A stretch of 59,790 nt of DNA from Chloroflexota bacterium (GTDB lineage Bacteria; Chloroflexota; UBA11872; UBA12225): the NCBI GenBank assembly GCA_947446285.1, contig CANFGH010000006.1:1-59790 (forward strand), read 5' to 3'. The position numbers were made by a program, and so were the translations under genes. The notes beneath the pieces were generated by a model. That model was given only the letters and a program-made list of their open reading frames with translations, did not search any database and was not told the origin of the DNA. Within the stretch, counting starts at the first letter, position 1. Every line of letters begins with the position of its first letter. Positions 9,464 to 19,643 of the stretch are shown here, in pieces.

Positions 9464-10114
9464 GTGCCACGTGTTCTGATCGCGACGACGAATGCCCATA
9501 AGATCGAGGAACTCGGGGCGCTGCTCGGGCAGGTAGGCTGTGAATTTGTCGTGCCTGGTGACGTCGGTCTCGATGACTTCGATGTCGATGAGACCGGATC
9601 AACGCTCCTTGAGAATGCGATCCTGAAGGCGGTCACCTTTGCGCGCAAGGCCGGTATGCCTGCGTTGGCAGATGATTCTGGCCTTGAGGTTGATGCGCTG
9701 GGTGGCGAACCCGGGGTGCGAAGCAAGCGCTATGCCGGACCCGATGCAACGGACGCCGACCGGGTAAACCTGATCGTGTCAAAGCTGGCGGGCGTTGCCA
9801 ACGGTGCCCGAACGGCACGGTTTAGGACTGTTCTGGCTTTGGCAACTCCGGATGAAGTGATCGGAACTGGTACCGGATCGGTTGAGGGGCGCATCGGGCT
9901 TGAACCGTTTGGTGCCCACGGGTTTGGCTACGACCCGATCTTCCTGGTTGGCGGACATCGACCAACGATGGCGGAACTGACTCCCGACGAAAAGAATGCG
10001 ATCAGCCACCGTAGTCGGGCGGTCCAGGCGATCCTTCCGGTCCTTGACGCGTGGGTTGCGACGCAACCACCAACCGTGGCAGCCGACGGTTCCGAAGCCT
10101 CGCAAGGTGGGTAA
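9464..10114 (+). CDS. rdgB: Non-canonical purine NTP pyrophosphatase (RdgB/HAM1)
   Basis: IATTNAHKIEE, ADDSGLEVDALGGEPGVRS, GFGYDPIF, KNAISHR. Confidence 0.95.
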   Translation: MPRVLIATTNAHKIEELGALLGQVGCEFVVPGDVGLDDFDVDETGSTLLENAILKAVTFARKAGMPALADDSGLEVDALGGEPGVRSKRYAGPDATDADRVNLIVSKLAGVANGARTARFRTVLALATPDEVIGTGTGSVEGRIGLEPFGAHGFGYDPIFLVGGHRPTMAELTPDEKNAISHRSRAVQAILPVLDAWVATQPPTVAADGSEASQGG

Positions 10115-10145
10115 CCGGGAAAGCGCCAACCGCGGAGGTGGCGCG

Positions 10146-12734
10146 GTGCGCAGGATCGGTGGTGGTCCGCCAGTGGTCGAGGACCGCTTGACCGCCGCGA
10201 TGCAACTCGCGTCGATTCTGGTCCTCGATGTCGGTGCAAATGACCGTCTCGGTCTGGGGCGACGCCTTGGGGTACCTGTGCCTTTGACAGAGCCTCGTCA
10301 TGCAAGTGGGCGCGTCCGTGAGTCCGAACTCTTCGAGAAGGCGTGTCGGGAACGCTTGGGGCGGCTCGACCTGACCTTGCTGCAGCAATTGCACCGGCTC
10401 TTGTCGAATGGGGCGACCCCCCTCGGGCCAGTGGTTGACGAGGCGATGCAGGATCGCGTTCGCCTTGGACTTAGTGGTGAGGAAAGTGACACTGCCGGGA
10501 GAGCGGTGTCGGGCGATACTTCCGATGCAGCACACTCGCCAATCCAACCCTTTGCGTCGTCGGGTGCCTTGCAGAAGTCGTCGGAACGCGTGCGCATCAG
10601 CGAGGATCAGGTCATCGCGGCTCTCGGTCCGGGCGGGTCGATCAATGACGCAATGGCGGGATACGAACCCCGGCCTGGTCAGGTTCGGATGGCGCGTGCC
10701 GTGACGCGGTCGCTCAACGATGGCTTGCGGTTGGTCATTGAGGCGGGTACCGGGACGGGGAAGAGCTTGGCGTATCTGGTGCCAGCGTCAATGTTCGCGG
10801 TCGCGAATGGCCGACGCGTCGTGATTTCCACGAACACGATTACGCTGCAGGAGCAGCTATTCAACAAGGACATCCCTGTCCTCCGCAAGGCGCTACCTCA
10901 CGACGTGCAAGTTGCGGTCCTCAAGGGACGCACGCACTACCTGTGCCTCAGGCGGTGGAGGCTCTTCCTTTCCAATGGGCTCGACGGTGCTCCCGAGCGA
11001 ATCCTGGCGGCGCGGATCGCGATCTGGGTGCGGAACACGGAGACTGGTGATCGCGGTGAACTCGCCGTTTCCGAGGCCGAGACGGCGATCTGGACGAACC
11101 ACCTCTCGGCGGATGTGATGCACTGCACGTCACGACTTTGCCGGGACAATCGCTCTGGTCGATGTTTTCTGGCCCGCGCCCGGCGCCGGGCCGAGGGCGC
11201 CCACCTGCTCGTCGTGAACCACGCCCTGCTGCTTACCGACCGCGCGATGGAAAACCCAGTCCTTCCCGAATATGACGATGTGATCCTGGATGAAGCGCAT
11301 CATCTTGAGGCGGTCGCAACCGATCAACTCGGAACCACGGTGAGTGCGCGCGAAATCGGGTTCGAACTGGCCACCCTGAGCCAACCGCAGGGCGGGACGC
11401 GTTTTGGAGGCACGGTTGCCCGGATCGCAACCGTATTTGTCGAAGCCGCCGGAGAACCCGGGCGCGAACAGATTGGGTCGATCACCGCGCCCATCCATGA
11501 GGCGTGCGAGGTGGCCCGCGTGGCGGTGTCAGCGCTTTTCGAGGCCGCGACAGGCCTGATGGACCGTGCCTCGCGAGGAGGCCGTGGGGATACGGTTGAC
11601 CGCGAGCTACGGTTGACGGAAAGCCATCGCGAAAGTGAATCGTGGGGCCCAGTGGCGATGGCGTGGGATGAAGCATCGGCGGCTCTCGCGTCGGTCGACC
11701 GTGGCTTGCAGGGCATGGTTGCGGCGTTTGACCCGTTCGTAGGGAGTTCGGAGACGGTTGATGATGCGGTAGCCGATCTGGCGGCAGCGAGACAGGCAAT
11801 CGGAGAGGCCCGTGAAAGCCTGACCCGCATCCTCGCGTCGCCTGATGACACGGAGGTCTACTGGATTGCCGGCGCTGGCCGCGAGATGACGATGCATGCC
11901 GCACCGCTTGCGGTTGACGTGCTGTTGCAGTCGAACCTGTACGAGCAGAAGTCGGCGATCATCATGACCTCGGCGACGATCCAGGTAGGCGGATCGTTCC
12001 GGCACTTCAGGCACCGCCTTGGATTGCCGCAGGACACCATGGTGCTTGAAGTCGCTTCGCCGTTCGACTACCCCAACCAGGCGCTATTGCTGGTACCTCG
12101 TGACTTGCCTGATCCGACGTCGCCGGCCCACGGCACGGTGATCCAGGACATCCTTGCTGGTGTGGCCAGTGCCATGAATGGCCGCACACTGGTGCTGTTC
12201 ACTTCGTATGCGTCACTCCGGGCGGCGCATGAGCACCTCCGCGAGATGACGCCACACCTGACAATCCTGGGGCAGGGAATTGACGGGCCACGAAGCGTGA
12301 TCCTTGACCGTTTCCGTGCCACGCCTAACGCAATCCTGCTTGGCACGAACAGTTTCTGGGAGGGCATCGATGTCGTCGGTGACGCACTGTCGTGCCTGGT
12401 GATCGTCAAACTGCCGTTTACGGTTCCGAGTGACCCGGTATTCGCCGCGCGGAGCGAGTTGCTTGAGGATTCATTCATGCAACTAGCGGTGCCCCAAGCG
12501 GTCCTTCGCCTGAAACAGGGGTTCGGCAGATTGATCCGGAGCGGCACCGATCGGGGGGTCGTGGCCATTCTCGATTCTCGTCTGGTGACGCGCCGCTACG
12601 GTCAGACATTCCTCGATTCGCTCCCTCCCGCGACCATCGTCAATTGTGGAGCGCGCGAGCTTGCTGGCTTGGTTGGTGACTGGATCACGAGGGTTCCTGA
12701 CAGTCAGGTGCCCGAGCCAGTTTCCGGATCCTGA
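10146..12734 (+). CDS. dinG: DinG-family Fe-S ATP-dependent DNA helicase
   Basis: EAGTGTGKS, four Fe-S cysteines (YLC…HC…LC…RCF), DEAHH, SAT, QGFGRLIR; GGAGGTG RBS before GTG 10146. Confidence 0.92.
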   Translation: MRRIGGGPPVVEDRLTAAMQLASILVLDVGANDRLGLGRRLGVPVPLTEPRHASGRVRESELFEKACRERLGRLDLTLLQQLHRLLSNGATPLGPVVDEAMQDRVRLGLSGEESDTAGRAVSGDTSDAAHSPIQPFASSGALQKSSERVRISEDQVIAALGPGGSINDAMAGYEPRPGQVRMARAVTRSLNDGLRLVIEAGTGTGKSLAYLVPASMFAVANGRRVVISTNTITLQEQLFNKDIPVLRKALPHDVQVAVLKGRTHYLCLRRWRLFLSNGLDGAPERILAARIAIWVRNTETGDRGELAVSEAETAIWTNHLSADVMHCTSRLCRDNRSGRCFLARARRRAEGAHLLVVNHALLLTDRAMENPVLPEYDDVILDEAHHLEAVATDQLGTTVSAREIGFELATLSQPQGGTRFGGTVARIATVFVEAAGEPGREQIGSITAPIHEACEVARVAVSALFEAATGLMDRASRGGRGDTVDRELRLTESHRESESWGPVAMAWDEASAALASVDRGLQGMVAAFDPFVGSSETVDDAVADLAAARQAIGEARESLTRILASPDDTEVYWIAGAGREMTMHAAPLAVDVLLQSNLYEQKSAIIMTSATIQVGGSFRHFRHRLGLPQDTMVLEVASPFDYPNQALLLVPRDLPDPTSPAHGTVIQDILAGVASAMNGRTLVLFTSYASLRAAHEHLREMTPHLTILGQGIDGPRSVILDRFRATPNAILLGTNSFWEGIDVVGDALSCLVIVKLPFTVPSDPVFAARSELLEDSFMQLAVPQAVLRLKQGFGRLIRSGTDRGVVAILDSRLVTRRYGQTFLDSLPPATIVNCGARELAGLVGDWITRVPDSQVPEPVSGS

Positions 12735-12806
12735 CCTGGAACCGAACGGGGGTGACGCGCGAAACGGGTGCCAGGGATGATCGCGCCAAGCCGGACCTGG
12801 AAGCGC

Positions 12807-12836
12807 TTGACAGTCGCAATGATGCCGACGTAGAGT
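12807..12836 (+). promoter_or_regulatory. Sigma70-type promoter of the aro leader/operon
   Basis: TTGACA (12807-12812), 18-nt spacer, TAGAGT (12831-12836). Confidence 0.65.
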
Positions 12837-12845
12837 CGGCTGGGT

Positions 12846-12947
12846 ATGAAGGTGATCACGCCGATTTGCGCTCCCGTTGGGACACTTGTCTTGGGCAGCG
12901 TTGTGCTTGGCGGGTTTTCCTTCTATTTTTTTAGTACCCCGGTGTGA
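12846..12947 (+). CDS. Putative Phe/Tyr attenuator leader peptide, 33 aa, MKVITPICAPVGTLVLGSVVLGGFSFYFFSTPV
   Basis: Short ORF below the ORF-track cutoff with an F-S-F-Y-F-F codon cluster, lying between a promoter and an intrinsic terminator upstream of aroF. Confidence 0.7.
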   Translation: MKVITPICAPVGTLVLGSVVLGGFSFYFFSTPV

Positions 12948-12984
12948 GTTGACGGCCACGATCAGGCCGGACGCGCACCGGGAG

Positions 12985-13013
12985 AGGCAGAGGGCAAATC
13001 CTCTGCCTTTTTT
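12985..13013 (+). terminator. Intrinsic terminator (attenuator) upstream of aroF
   Basis: AGGCAGAGG / CCTCTGCCT stem followed by a T run. Confidence 0.85.
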
Positions 13014-13114
13014 GTTGCCCGCCGGCATCCTTGACCGGCCCGGCTTGACACACGGGTGGGCGCAGGTGCCCGCGAACCACATGGGACGACCACGAAGAGG
13101 AGACTGGAACCGAA

Positions 13115-14188
13115 ATGATCATCAAGATGAAGCGTGGCGCGACCGATGCCCAGGTTGAGGAAGTCGAGAGGCGGATCATCGCGGAGGGGTATACGCCGAA
13201 CACGATCCGTGGCGTTGAGATGGCGGTGATCGCAGTGATCGGCAAGCGTCCCGAATGGATGATTGACACGGTGGAGTCGATGGCAGGCGTGGAGCAGGCT
13301 ATTCCGATCGAGAAGCCTTACAAGCTCGCCGCCCGGGATTTCCAGGCGGCGACCACCGAGATTCGTCTCGGTGCGGCGACGCTCGGGAGCAATGACGTTG
13401 TCATCATGGCCGGTCCTTGCACCGTTGAGACGCGTGACCAGTTGCTTGCTACCGCGCGGGGCGTGAAGGAACACGGTGGACACGTCCTGCGTGGTGGGGC
13501 TTACAAGCCGCGTTCGTCGCCATACAGTTTCCAAGGATTGGGCGAGGACGGCCTGAAGCTGCTTCAGGAGGCCCGTGAACTCTCCGGTCTGCCCATCATC
13601 ACCGAGGTGATGGAACCTGGCACGCTTGACACGGTGGTGCGCTACGCCGACGTCCTGCAGATTGGTGCGCGGAACTGCCAGAACTATCCACTGTTGCGCG
13701 AGGTGGGCCGTACCCGGACGCCGGTCATGCTGAAGCGCGGCCCGAGTGTGACGGTGGAAGAATGGATCATGGCTGCGGAGTACATCCTCCACGGCGGCAA
13801 CATGCAGGTGATGATGTGCGAGCGTGGGATCAAGACGTTCGAGAACTACACCCGGAACACGCTTGACATCTCCGCAATCCCAGTCATCAAGCGCCTCACC
13901 CACCTCCCAGTGATCGTTGACCCGAGCCATGGAACTGGCAAGTGGCACTTGGTCAAGTCGATGTGCCTGGCATCGGTGGCTGCGGGTGCCGACGGTGTCC
14001 TCATCGAAGTGCATCCAACCCCGGATACGGCGTTGTGCGATGGTGCACAGTCGCTGACGATCGAGAACTTTGCCGATGCCGCCCGGGCAATCGCCCAGGT
14101 TGCAGCGGCGGTCGGACGCTCAGTCCCCGGTTTCGAACCTGATGGGAGCCGCACTGGAGCTGCAGTCACGAGGGTTGCCGTGGCATGA
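13115..14188 (+). CDS. aroF: DAHP synthase, type I-beta, with N-terminal regulatory (ACT/ferredoxin-like) domain
   Basis: MAGPCTVE, RGGAYKPRSSPYSFQG, QIGARN, DPSHGTG, EVHPTPDTALCDG; GAGGAG RBS. Confidence 0.95.
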   Translation: MIIKMKRGATDAQVEEVERRIIAEGYTPNTIRGVEMAVIAVIGKRPEWMIDTVESMAGVEQAIPIEKPYKLAARDFQAATTEIRLGAATLGSNDVVIMAGPCTVETRDQLLATARGVKEHGGHVLRGGAYKPRSSPYSFQGLGEDGLKLLQEARELSGLPIITEVMEPGTLDTVVRYADVLQIGARNCQNYPLLREVGRTRTPVMLKRGPSVTVEEWIMAAEYILHGGNMQVMMCERGIKTFENYTRNTLDISAIPVIKRLTHLPVIVDPSHGTGKWHLVKSMCLASVAAGADGVLIEVHPTPDTALCDGAQSLTIENFADAARAIAQVAAAVGRSVPGFEPDGSRTGAAVTRVAVA

Positions 14189-15678
14189 GTGGCGAACGTG
14201 GTACCCAGCATCCCTGGACCGCTGAACCATCGTTCGTTCGCAATCCAAGCGACGCGGGGCTGCATGGCGGCATGCGGGTAGTGCGTGCCGTCGGGCACTT
14301 GTCGGGGGCACTGACCGTGCCCGGTGACAAGAGCATCACGCATCGGGCGGTGATGCTCAACGCCATCGCAACTGGAACCGCGACCGTCACCGGTGCCGGG
14401 CTCGGTGGCGATTGCCTGTCGACGGCTGGCGCGATGCGGATGCTGGGTGCGCGCGTGCGTCGTCGGTGGGCGTCGGGCGAACTGACTGACGACCTCCGCC
14501 GCGACCCCGTGACGGGAGTGGACACCCGGGACGACGCGGTGCTGCTGGTGGAAGGCGCGGGACTGCATGGGTTGCGGGAACCCGCGGATGTGATCGACGC
14601 CGGGAACTCGGGAACGACGGCCAGGCTGCTGACCGGCATTCTGTCGGGACAGCCATTCTTTAGCGTGCTGACTGGTGACGGTTCGCTTCGGGGACGACCG
14701 ATGGGCCGGGTGATCGCACCGCTTGCGGTCATGGGTGCCCAGGTTCGCGGACGCGCTGGTTCAACGCTTTTGCCGCTGTCGATCGCTCCCGCCCAATTGC
14801 AGGGGACGAGCATCGAGATTCCAGTGGCGAGTGCGCAACTCAAGTCGGCGCTGATCCTTGCCGGTCTGTACGCGTCTGGCGAGACGGTGGTCATTTCGCC
14901 CGAAGAGAGTCGTGATCACACCGAGCGGATGCTCACAGCGCAAGGGGCGGACGTGCGGACCCAGGGGATGGCGGTCCGGGTGCGCCGGCCGTCTGGTCTC
15001 CGGGCAATCGATGTTGATGTACCGGGAGATATCTCCAGTGCGGCCTTCTGGCTCGTGGCGGCCTGCATGCACCCGGATGCGACCGTGACGGTGCGGAATG
15101 TCGGGGTGAACCCGACCAGGACGGGCATCATCGATGCCTTGACCCTCATGGGCGCGACCATCACGGTGACGAACGAGAGGACGGTTGGAGGTGAGCCGGT
15201 CGCAGACCTGACGGCATCGTCGTGCCGGTTGCGTGGCGTGCACATCGGCGGACCGATCATCCCGCGGCTCATCGACGAGGTGCCAATCCTTGCGGTGGCG
15301 GCGTCGGTTGCTTCAGGCACCACGACGATCCGGGACGCGGCGGAATTGCGGGTGAAGGAAAGTGACCGGCTGCATGCCGTTGCGACCCACCTCGCAATGT
15401 TGGGAGTAGCGGTCTCGGAACATCCGGATGGGCTGACCATCACTGGTGGGCGCATCGCGGGTGGCGAGGTGGCAAGCGAAGGTGACCACCGCATTGCGAT
15501 GGCGCTCGCCATTGGTGCCCTCGTCGCAACCGGGCCGGTGCACATCAGCGGAGCGGCGGCCGTGGACATCTCCTACCCGGCGTTCTGGCCGACGCTGTCA
15601 AGAATCGCTCCGGGTTGCTTTGGCGATGCCCCAACGGGCCAGGGTGATCGTGGTGCGAAGGACGGGTCTGGGAAATGA
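14185..15678 (+). CDS. aroA: EPSP synthase
   Basis: PGDKSITHRA, GNSGTTARL, SAQLKSA, RDHTERML, ELRVKESDR, DHRIAM. Confidence 0.96.
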   Translation: MSGERGTQHPWTAEPSFVRNPSDAGLHGGMRVVRAVGHLSGALTVPGDKSITHRAVMLNAIATGTATVTGAGLGGDCLSTAGAMRMLGARVRRRWASGELTDDLRRDPVTGVDTRDDAVLLVEGAGLHGLREPADVIDAGNSGTTARLLTGILSGQPFFSVLTGDGSLRGRPMGRVIAPLAVMGAQVRGRAGSTLLPLSIAPAQLQGTSIEIPVASAQLKSALILAGLYASGETVVISPEESRDHTERMLTAQGADVRTQGMAVRVRRPSGLRAIDVDVPGDISSAAFWLVAACMHPDATVTVRNVGVNPTRTGIIDALTLMGATITVTNERTVGGEPVADLTASSCRLRGVHIGGPIIPRLIDEVPILAVAASVASGTTTIRDAAELRVKESDRLHAVATHLAMLGVAVSEHPDGLTITGGRIAGGEVASEGDHRIAMALAIGALVATGPVHISGAAAVDISYPAFWPTLSRIAPGCFGDAPTGQGDRGAKDGSGK

Positions 15679-16574
15679 GCATGGATGCGGTGCACGGCAC
15701 GCCGGGAAGGCTGGCAGGAGTAATCGGGTGGCCGCTGGGGCATTCGATCAGCCCGGCATTCCAGCAACCGGCGTTCGACGCGTGCGGTCTTGTGGTTTCC
15801 TACCGCGCAGTGCCCGTGCCGCCGGAAGACCTTGAGGAATTCATTGCCGGCTTGCGGACTTCGGATGCGCCCGTTTGGCTTGGCGTGAATGTGACGATCC
15901 CTCACAAGGAGGCCGTCGCGAAGCTGGTGGATGACGTCACTGAGGAGGCGAGACTCATCGGGGCCGTGAACACCGTGATCTGCAACGGTGGTCGGTTGAC
16001 AGGTCACAACACCGACGCCGAGGGGTTCCTTCGCGGCCTGACTGTCGATGGCAAGTTCGACCCGGCTGGGGCCAGGACGCTCGTGATCGGATCCGGAGGT
16101 GCGTCACGGGCGATCTGCGTCGCGCTGTTGCAAGCAGGTGTCCACAAGCTGTCCATTGCGAACCGGTCGCCAGAGCGTGCCGAGGCGCTGGTCTGGCACC
16201 TGCAAGGTGCGTTTCCGGGCCGGGAGATCGAACCATTGCCGTTTGACGCAGGGGTGTTCCGGGAACTGCTTCGGTCGACGGATCTGCTCGTGAACACGAC
16301 GAGCATCGGCATGGCCCACGGGCCGTCGCCGGAGACCTCACCGGTGCCAGTGGATGCGATTGGTCCGGGGTTGGTTGTCTACGACCTTGTCTACAATCCG
16401 GCGGAAACACCATTGCTCCGGGCGGCCCGGAAGGCTGGCGCGGTTCCGGTTGAGGGATTGCCGATGCTGATCTATCAGGGAGCGGCGAGTTTCAGGCGGT
16501 GGACGGGGGTTGTTGCGCCGGTGGATGTCATGTTCGCCCACGGTCGGCGTGCCTTGGCGGCAAGGAATTCGTAG
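15675..16574 (+). CDS. aroE: Shikimate dehydrogenase
   Basis: [44 protein letters not shown]. Confidence 0.95.
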   Translation: MSMDAVHGTPGRLAGVIGWPLGHSISPAFQQPAFDACGLVVSYRAVPVPPEDLEEFIAGLRTSDAPVWLGVNVTIPHKEAVAKLVDDVTEEARLIGAVNTVICNGGRLTGHNTDAEGFLRGLTVDGKFDPAGARTLVIGSGGASRAICVALLQAGVHKLSIANRSPERAEALVWHLQGAFPGREIEPLPFDAGVFRELLRSTDLLVNTTSIGMAHGPSPETSPVPVDAIGPGLVVYDLVYNPAETPLLRAARKAGAVPVEGLPMLIYQGAASFRRWTGVVAPVDVMFAHGRRALAARNS

Positions 16575-16687
16575 TTCGCGGTTGGTCATCCCGAGAAGGG
16601 CACCGGCACTTCCACTCCACTCCGCCGTTTTGTATACGCGTCGCTTATGGCGCGATCAGGTCGTGGGCACCGGCGAGAGGGGTCCAG

Positions 16688-17851
16688 ATGGGCAATAGTT
16701 TCGGCACGATCTTCCGCGTCACGACGTGGGGCGAGTCGCATGGACGGGCGATTGGTGCGGTCATTGATGGATGTCCGTCACTGCTTCCACTTGATGAGAC
16801 GGACATCCAGCCTGACCTTGACCGGCGCGCGCCGGGGCAATCCCATCTGGTGACCCAGCGGAAGGAATCGGACACGGTCCAGATCCTTTCGGGAGTGTTC
16901 GAGGGACAGACCTTGGGTACCCCGATCAGTCTGCTGATCCCGAACGAGGATCAACGCAGCGGCGACTACCGTGAGGTCGAGCTGAAATACCGGCCGAGCC
17001 ATGCTGACTACACCTATGACGCCAAGTACGGAATCCGGGATTGGCGTGGGGGCGGCCGGACCAGTGCGCGTGAAACGGCTGCCCGTGTCGCGGCGGGTGC
17101 CGTTGCCCGCAAGGTTTTGGTACTCGGATTCGGTGTTGAGCTTGTTGCCTGGGTCTCGGCGGTTCACACCCATCAGGTGGAGTGTGATCCGCGGACCGTG
17201 ACACGCGAACTGGTTGACCAGACCCCGGTGCGCTGTCCAGATCTCGGGGTCGCTGCCGAGATGATTTCCGCCATTGAGCAGGCGCGGAAGAACGGTGATT
17301 CGCTCGGCGGTGTCGTGACGTGCGTGGTCCGCGGATGCCCTCCCGGTTGGGGCCAACCGGTATTCGATCGTCTCGAAGCCGATCTTGCCCGCGCCATGCT
17401 TAGTCTGCCGGCGACGAAGGGTTTCGAAATCGGGTCCGGTTTCGGGGGCACGATGTTGTCTGGATTAGTGCATAACGATCCGTTCTACATGGATGGCGCT
17501 CGTGTACGTACCCGAACGAACCGGAGTGGCGGTGTCCAAGGTGGCATCACCAATGGTGAAGATGTGCTGTTCCGGGTTGCGTTCAAGCCAACCGCGACGG
17601 TGATGCGTGAGCAGGAAACGGTGACGCGAACTCATGAGGCGTCGACGATTGCCGGTCGGGGACGTCACGACCCCTGTGTCCTTCCACGTGCGGTGGCATT
17701 GGTCGAGGCCATGACGGCTCTGGTGCTCGTCGATCACGCACTGCGACACGAGGCGACGCGTCCCCGTCATCCCGGTGAAGCCGGGTACTCGGTTCCCCCC
17801 GATGACTGGGGGGCAGTGTCTGACGATGATGGTGCGAGATACGGGCTGTGA
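16688..17851 (+). CDS. aroC: Chorismate synthase
   Basis: [40 protein letters not shown]. Confidence 0.97.
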   Translation: MGNSFGTIFRVTTWGESHGRAIGAVIDGCPSLLPLDETDIQPDLDRRAPGQSHLVTQRKESDTVQILSGVFEGQTLGTPISLLIPNEDQRSGDYREVELKYRPSHADYTYDAKYGIRDWRGGGRTSARETAARVAAGAVARKVLVLGFGVELVAWVSAVHTHQVECDPRTVTRELVDQTPVRCPDLGVAAEMISAIEQARKNGDSLGGVVTCVVRGCPPGWGQPVFDRLEADLARAMLSLPATKGFEIGSGFGGTMLSGLVHNDPFYMDGARVRTRTNRSGGVQGGITNGEDVLFRVAFKPTATVMREQETVTRTHEASTIAGRGRHDPCVLPRAVALVEAMTALVLVDHALRHEATRPRHPGEAGYSVPPDDWGAVSDDDGARYGL

Positions 17852-18468
17852 ACTTTCACCATGTAGTGCTTGTCGGGTTGTCCGGGAGTGGAAAGTCGAC
17901 GATCGGACCACGACTGGCTCGTCGCCTTGATTTGTTGTTCATCGACACCGACAAGACGGTCGTCGCGCGCGCCGGATGTCCGATTGACGAAATCTTTGCC
18001 ACCCACGGTGAGACGACGTTTCGCACGTTCGAGCGTGAAGCGGTTCGCGAGGCCATCGCCGGTCCAAGATCGGTAATCGCCACCGGGGGAGGTGCGCCCG
18101 TCGACCCAGAGAACTTCCGTAAACTTTGGGAAGGCAATGTGGTGATCTGGTTGGACGCGCCGATGGAGGTCCTGATCTCGCGGATGGAGGGATCGCAGCG
18201 GGCAGGGCGGGAAAAGCGTCCGCTTCTGGCCCATGGTGGTGCGAGGCTTCGACTGCCGGCACTTCTCGAGGCACGTGCGCCGATCTACTTGCAGGCGCAC
18301 GTCAGGGTCGAGACCGGGGTTGTGCGTCCGGAAGTCGTGGTGACCGAGATCATCAGGCAGGTTCGTCCGGGTCAGGCACGCACGCGAAGTACTTCGCGCG
18401 TGATCGCATCCCCGTCTGCTTCACTGCGTCGAGGGAACGGTGGACAGGTCGGGAGGGCTCGCGATTGA
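17848..18468 (+). CDS. aroK: Shikimate kinase
   Basis: [32 protein letters not shown]. Confidence 0.93.
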   Translation: MNFHHVVLVGLSGSGKSTIGPRLARRLDLLFIDTDKTVVARAGCPIDEIFATHGETTFRTFEREAVREAIAGPRSVIATGGGAPVDPENFRKLWEGNVVIWLDAPMEVLISRMEGSQRAGREKRPLLAHGGARLRLPALLEARAPIYLQAHVRVETGVVRPEVVVTEIIRQVRPGQARTRSTSRVIASPSASLRRGNGGQVGRARD

Positions 18469-19574
18469 TCACCGAATACCGCCCTCCGGCACCTGTCCCC
18501 GAGGCCTTCGTTGGCATCCCGACGCACCTTTCTTTCGGAAACGGTAACGTCGCTGGCCTTGGTGAGCGGATCACGGAACTCGGCTTCCGGGGCCGGGTGT
18601 TTGTGATTACCGATGACAAGGTCGGCCCTATGCACGGCCCCAAGGTTGTGGCGACCCTGGCGGATGCCGGGTTCGTACCGGAGATCCACGCGGTGCCGGC
18701 GGGTGAGGCGTCCAAGTCCCTGGACCGTGCCGCCGAACTGTACGCGTGGCTAGCTGCACACCGGGCAGAGCGCCGTGATGTGATCGTCGCGCTCGGTGGT
18801 GGGGTCGTTGGAGACCTGGGGGGGTTCGTGGCCGCGACGTTCCTGCGTGGCATGAGTTTTGTTCAAATTCCAACGACGGTCCTTTCGATGGTTGACAGTT
18901 CTGTCGGTGGGAAGACGGCGGTCAACCTTCCTGCGGGAAAGAACCTCGTCGGTGCATTCCACCCGCCAATCCTCACGCTTGTTGATGTCGGTCTCATCAC
19001 CGGGCTGCCGGTCCGCGAGGTGCGGGCAGGTTGGGCGGAGGTGATCAAGACGGCCTCACTCTTTGACCCAGCCCTTCTGGATGAGCTTGAATCGTTTCCC
19101 CTGGATGCAGTGCAGTCAGACCGGATGGCGGACATCCTTGAACGGACGGTGCGCTGGAAGGAACGGGTGGTTCACGAGGACCCACGCGAACGAGGCATCA
19201 GGGTTGTGCTGAACTTCGGCCACACAGTCGGGCATGCCATCGAGGCGACAACGGGGTACGGAACATACCTGCATGGTGAGGCGGTGGCGATCGGTCTGAT
19301 AGCGGCGTCACGGCTCAGCGTGCGTGCGGGGTTCCTGGACGCCGGTGTGGCCTCCCGTATCGAGGCCATGCTGGAACGGACGGGGCTCCCGACGCGATAT
19401 GACCCAACGTTCACCAATGCGGGCGCGGTTCTTGACCGCACGTTGACCGATAAGAAGGTCGAGTCGAACAAGGTTCGATGGGTCCTGTTGCGCGGCATCG
19501 GGCAGGTAGTGGTAACGGATGAGATCAGCGCTGACGTCATCAGGGACGTGGTCGAAGGATTGGTTCTTCGGTAG
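18465..19574 (+). CDS. aroB: 3-dehydroquinate synthase
   Basis: GGGVVGDLGGF, PTTVLSMVDSSVGGKT, LNFGHTVGHAIE, HGEAV; TTG start overlaps the aroK stop. Confidence 0.95.
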   Translation: MITEYRPPAPVPEAFVGIPTHLSFGNGNVAGLGERITELGFRGRVFVITDDKVGPMHGPKVVATLADAGFVPEIHAVPAGEASKSLDRAAELYAWLAAHRAERRDVIVALGGGVVGDLGGFVAATFLRGMSFVQIPTTVLSMVDSSVGGKTAVNLPAGKNLVGAFHPPILTLVDVGLITGLPVREVRAGWAEVIKTASLFDPALLDELESFPLDAVQSDRMADILERTVRWKERVVHEDPRERGIRVVLNFGHTVGHAIEATTGYGTYLHGEAVAIGLIAASRLSVRAGFLDAGVASRIEAMLERTGLPTRYDPTFTNAGAVLDRTLTDKKVESNKVRWVLLRGIGQVVVTDEISADVIRDVVEGLVLR

Positions 19575-19589
19575 GCAACGGGGTGCATC

Positions 19590-19618
19590 TTGACTGATCG
19601 GCAAATGGCGGCTACCTT
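19590..19618 (+). promoter_or_regulatory. Putative sigma70 promoter of the PilZ-domain gene
   Basis: TTGACT, 17-nt spacer, TACCTT. Confidence 0.5.
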
Positions 19619-19643
19619 CAAGTCAGACGGGAAGCAATGAACC

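Noticed and set aside
12962-14014. Long antisense and alternate-frame ORFs (also 410-1303, 24282-25349, 39107-40231, 57564-58886, 58357-59694)
   Set aside because: They shadow well-supported genes, contain no recognisable motifs, and are expected from high-GC codon bias
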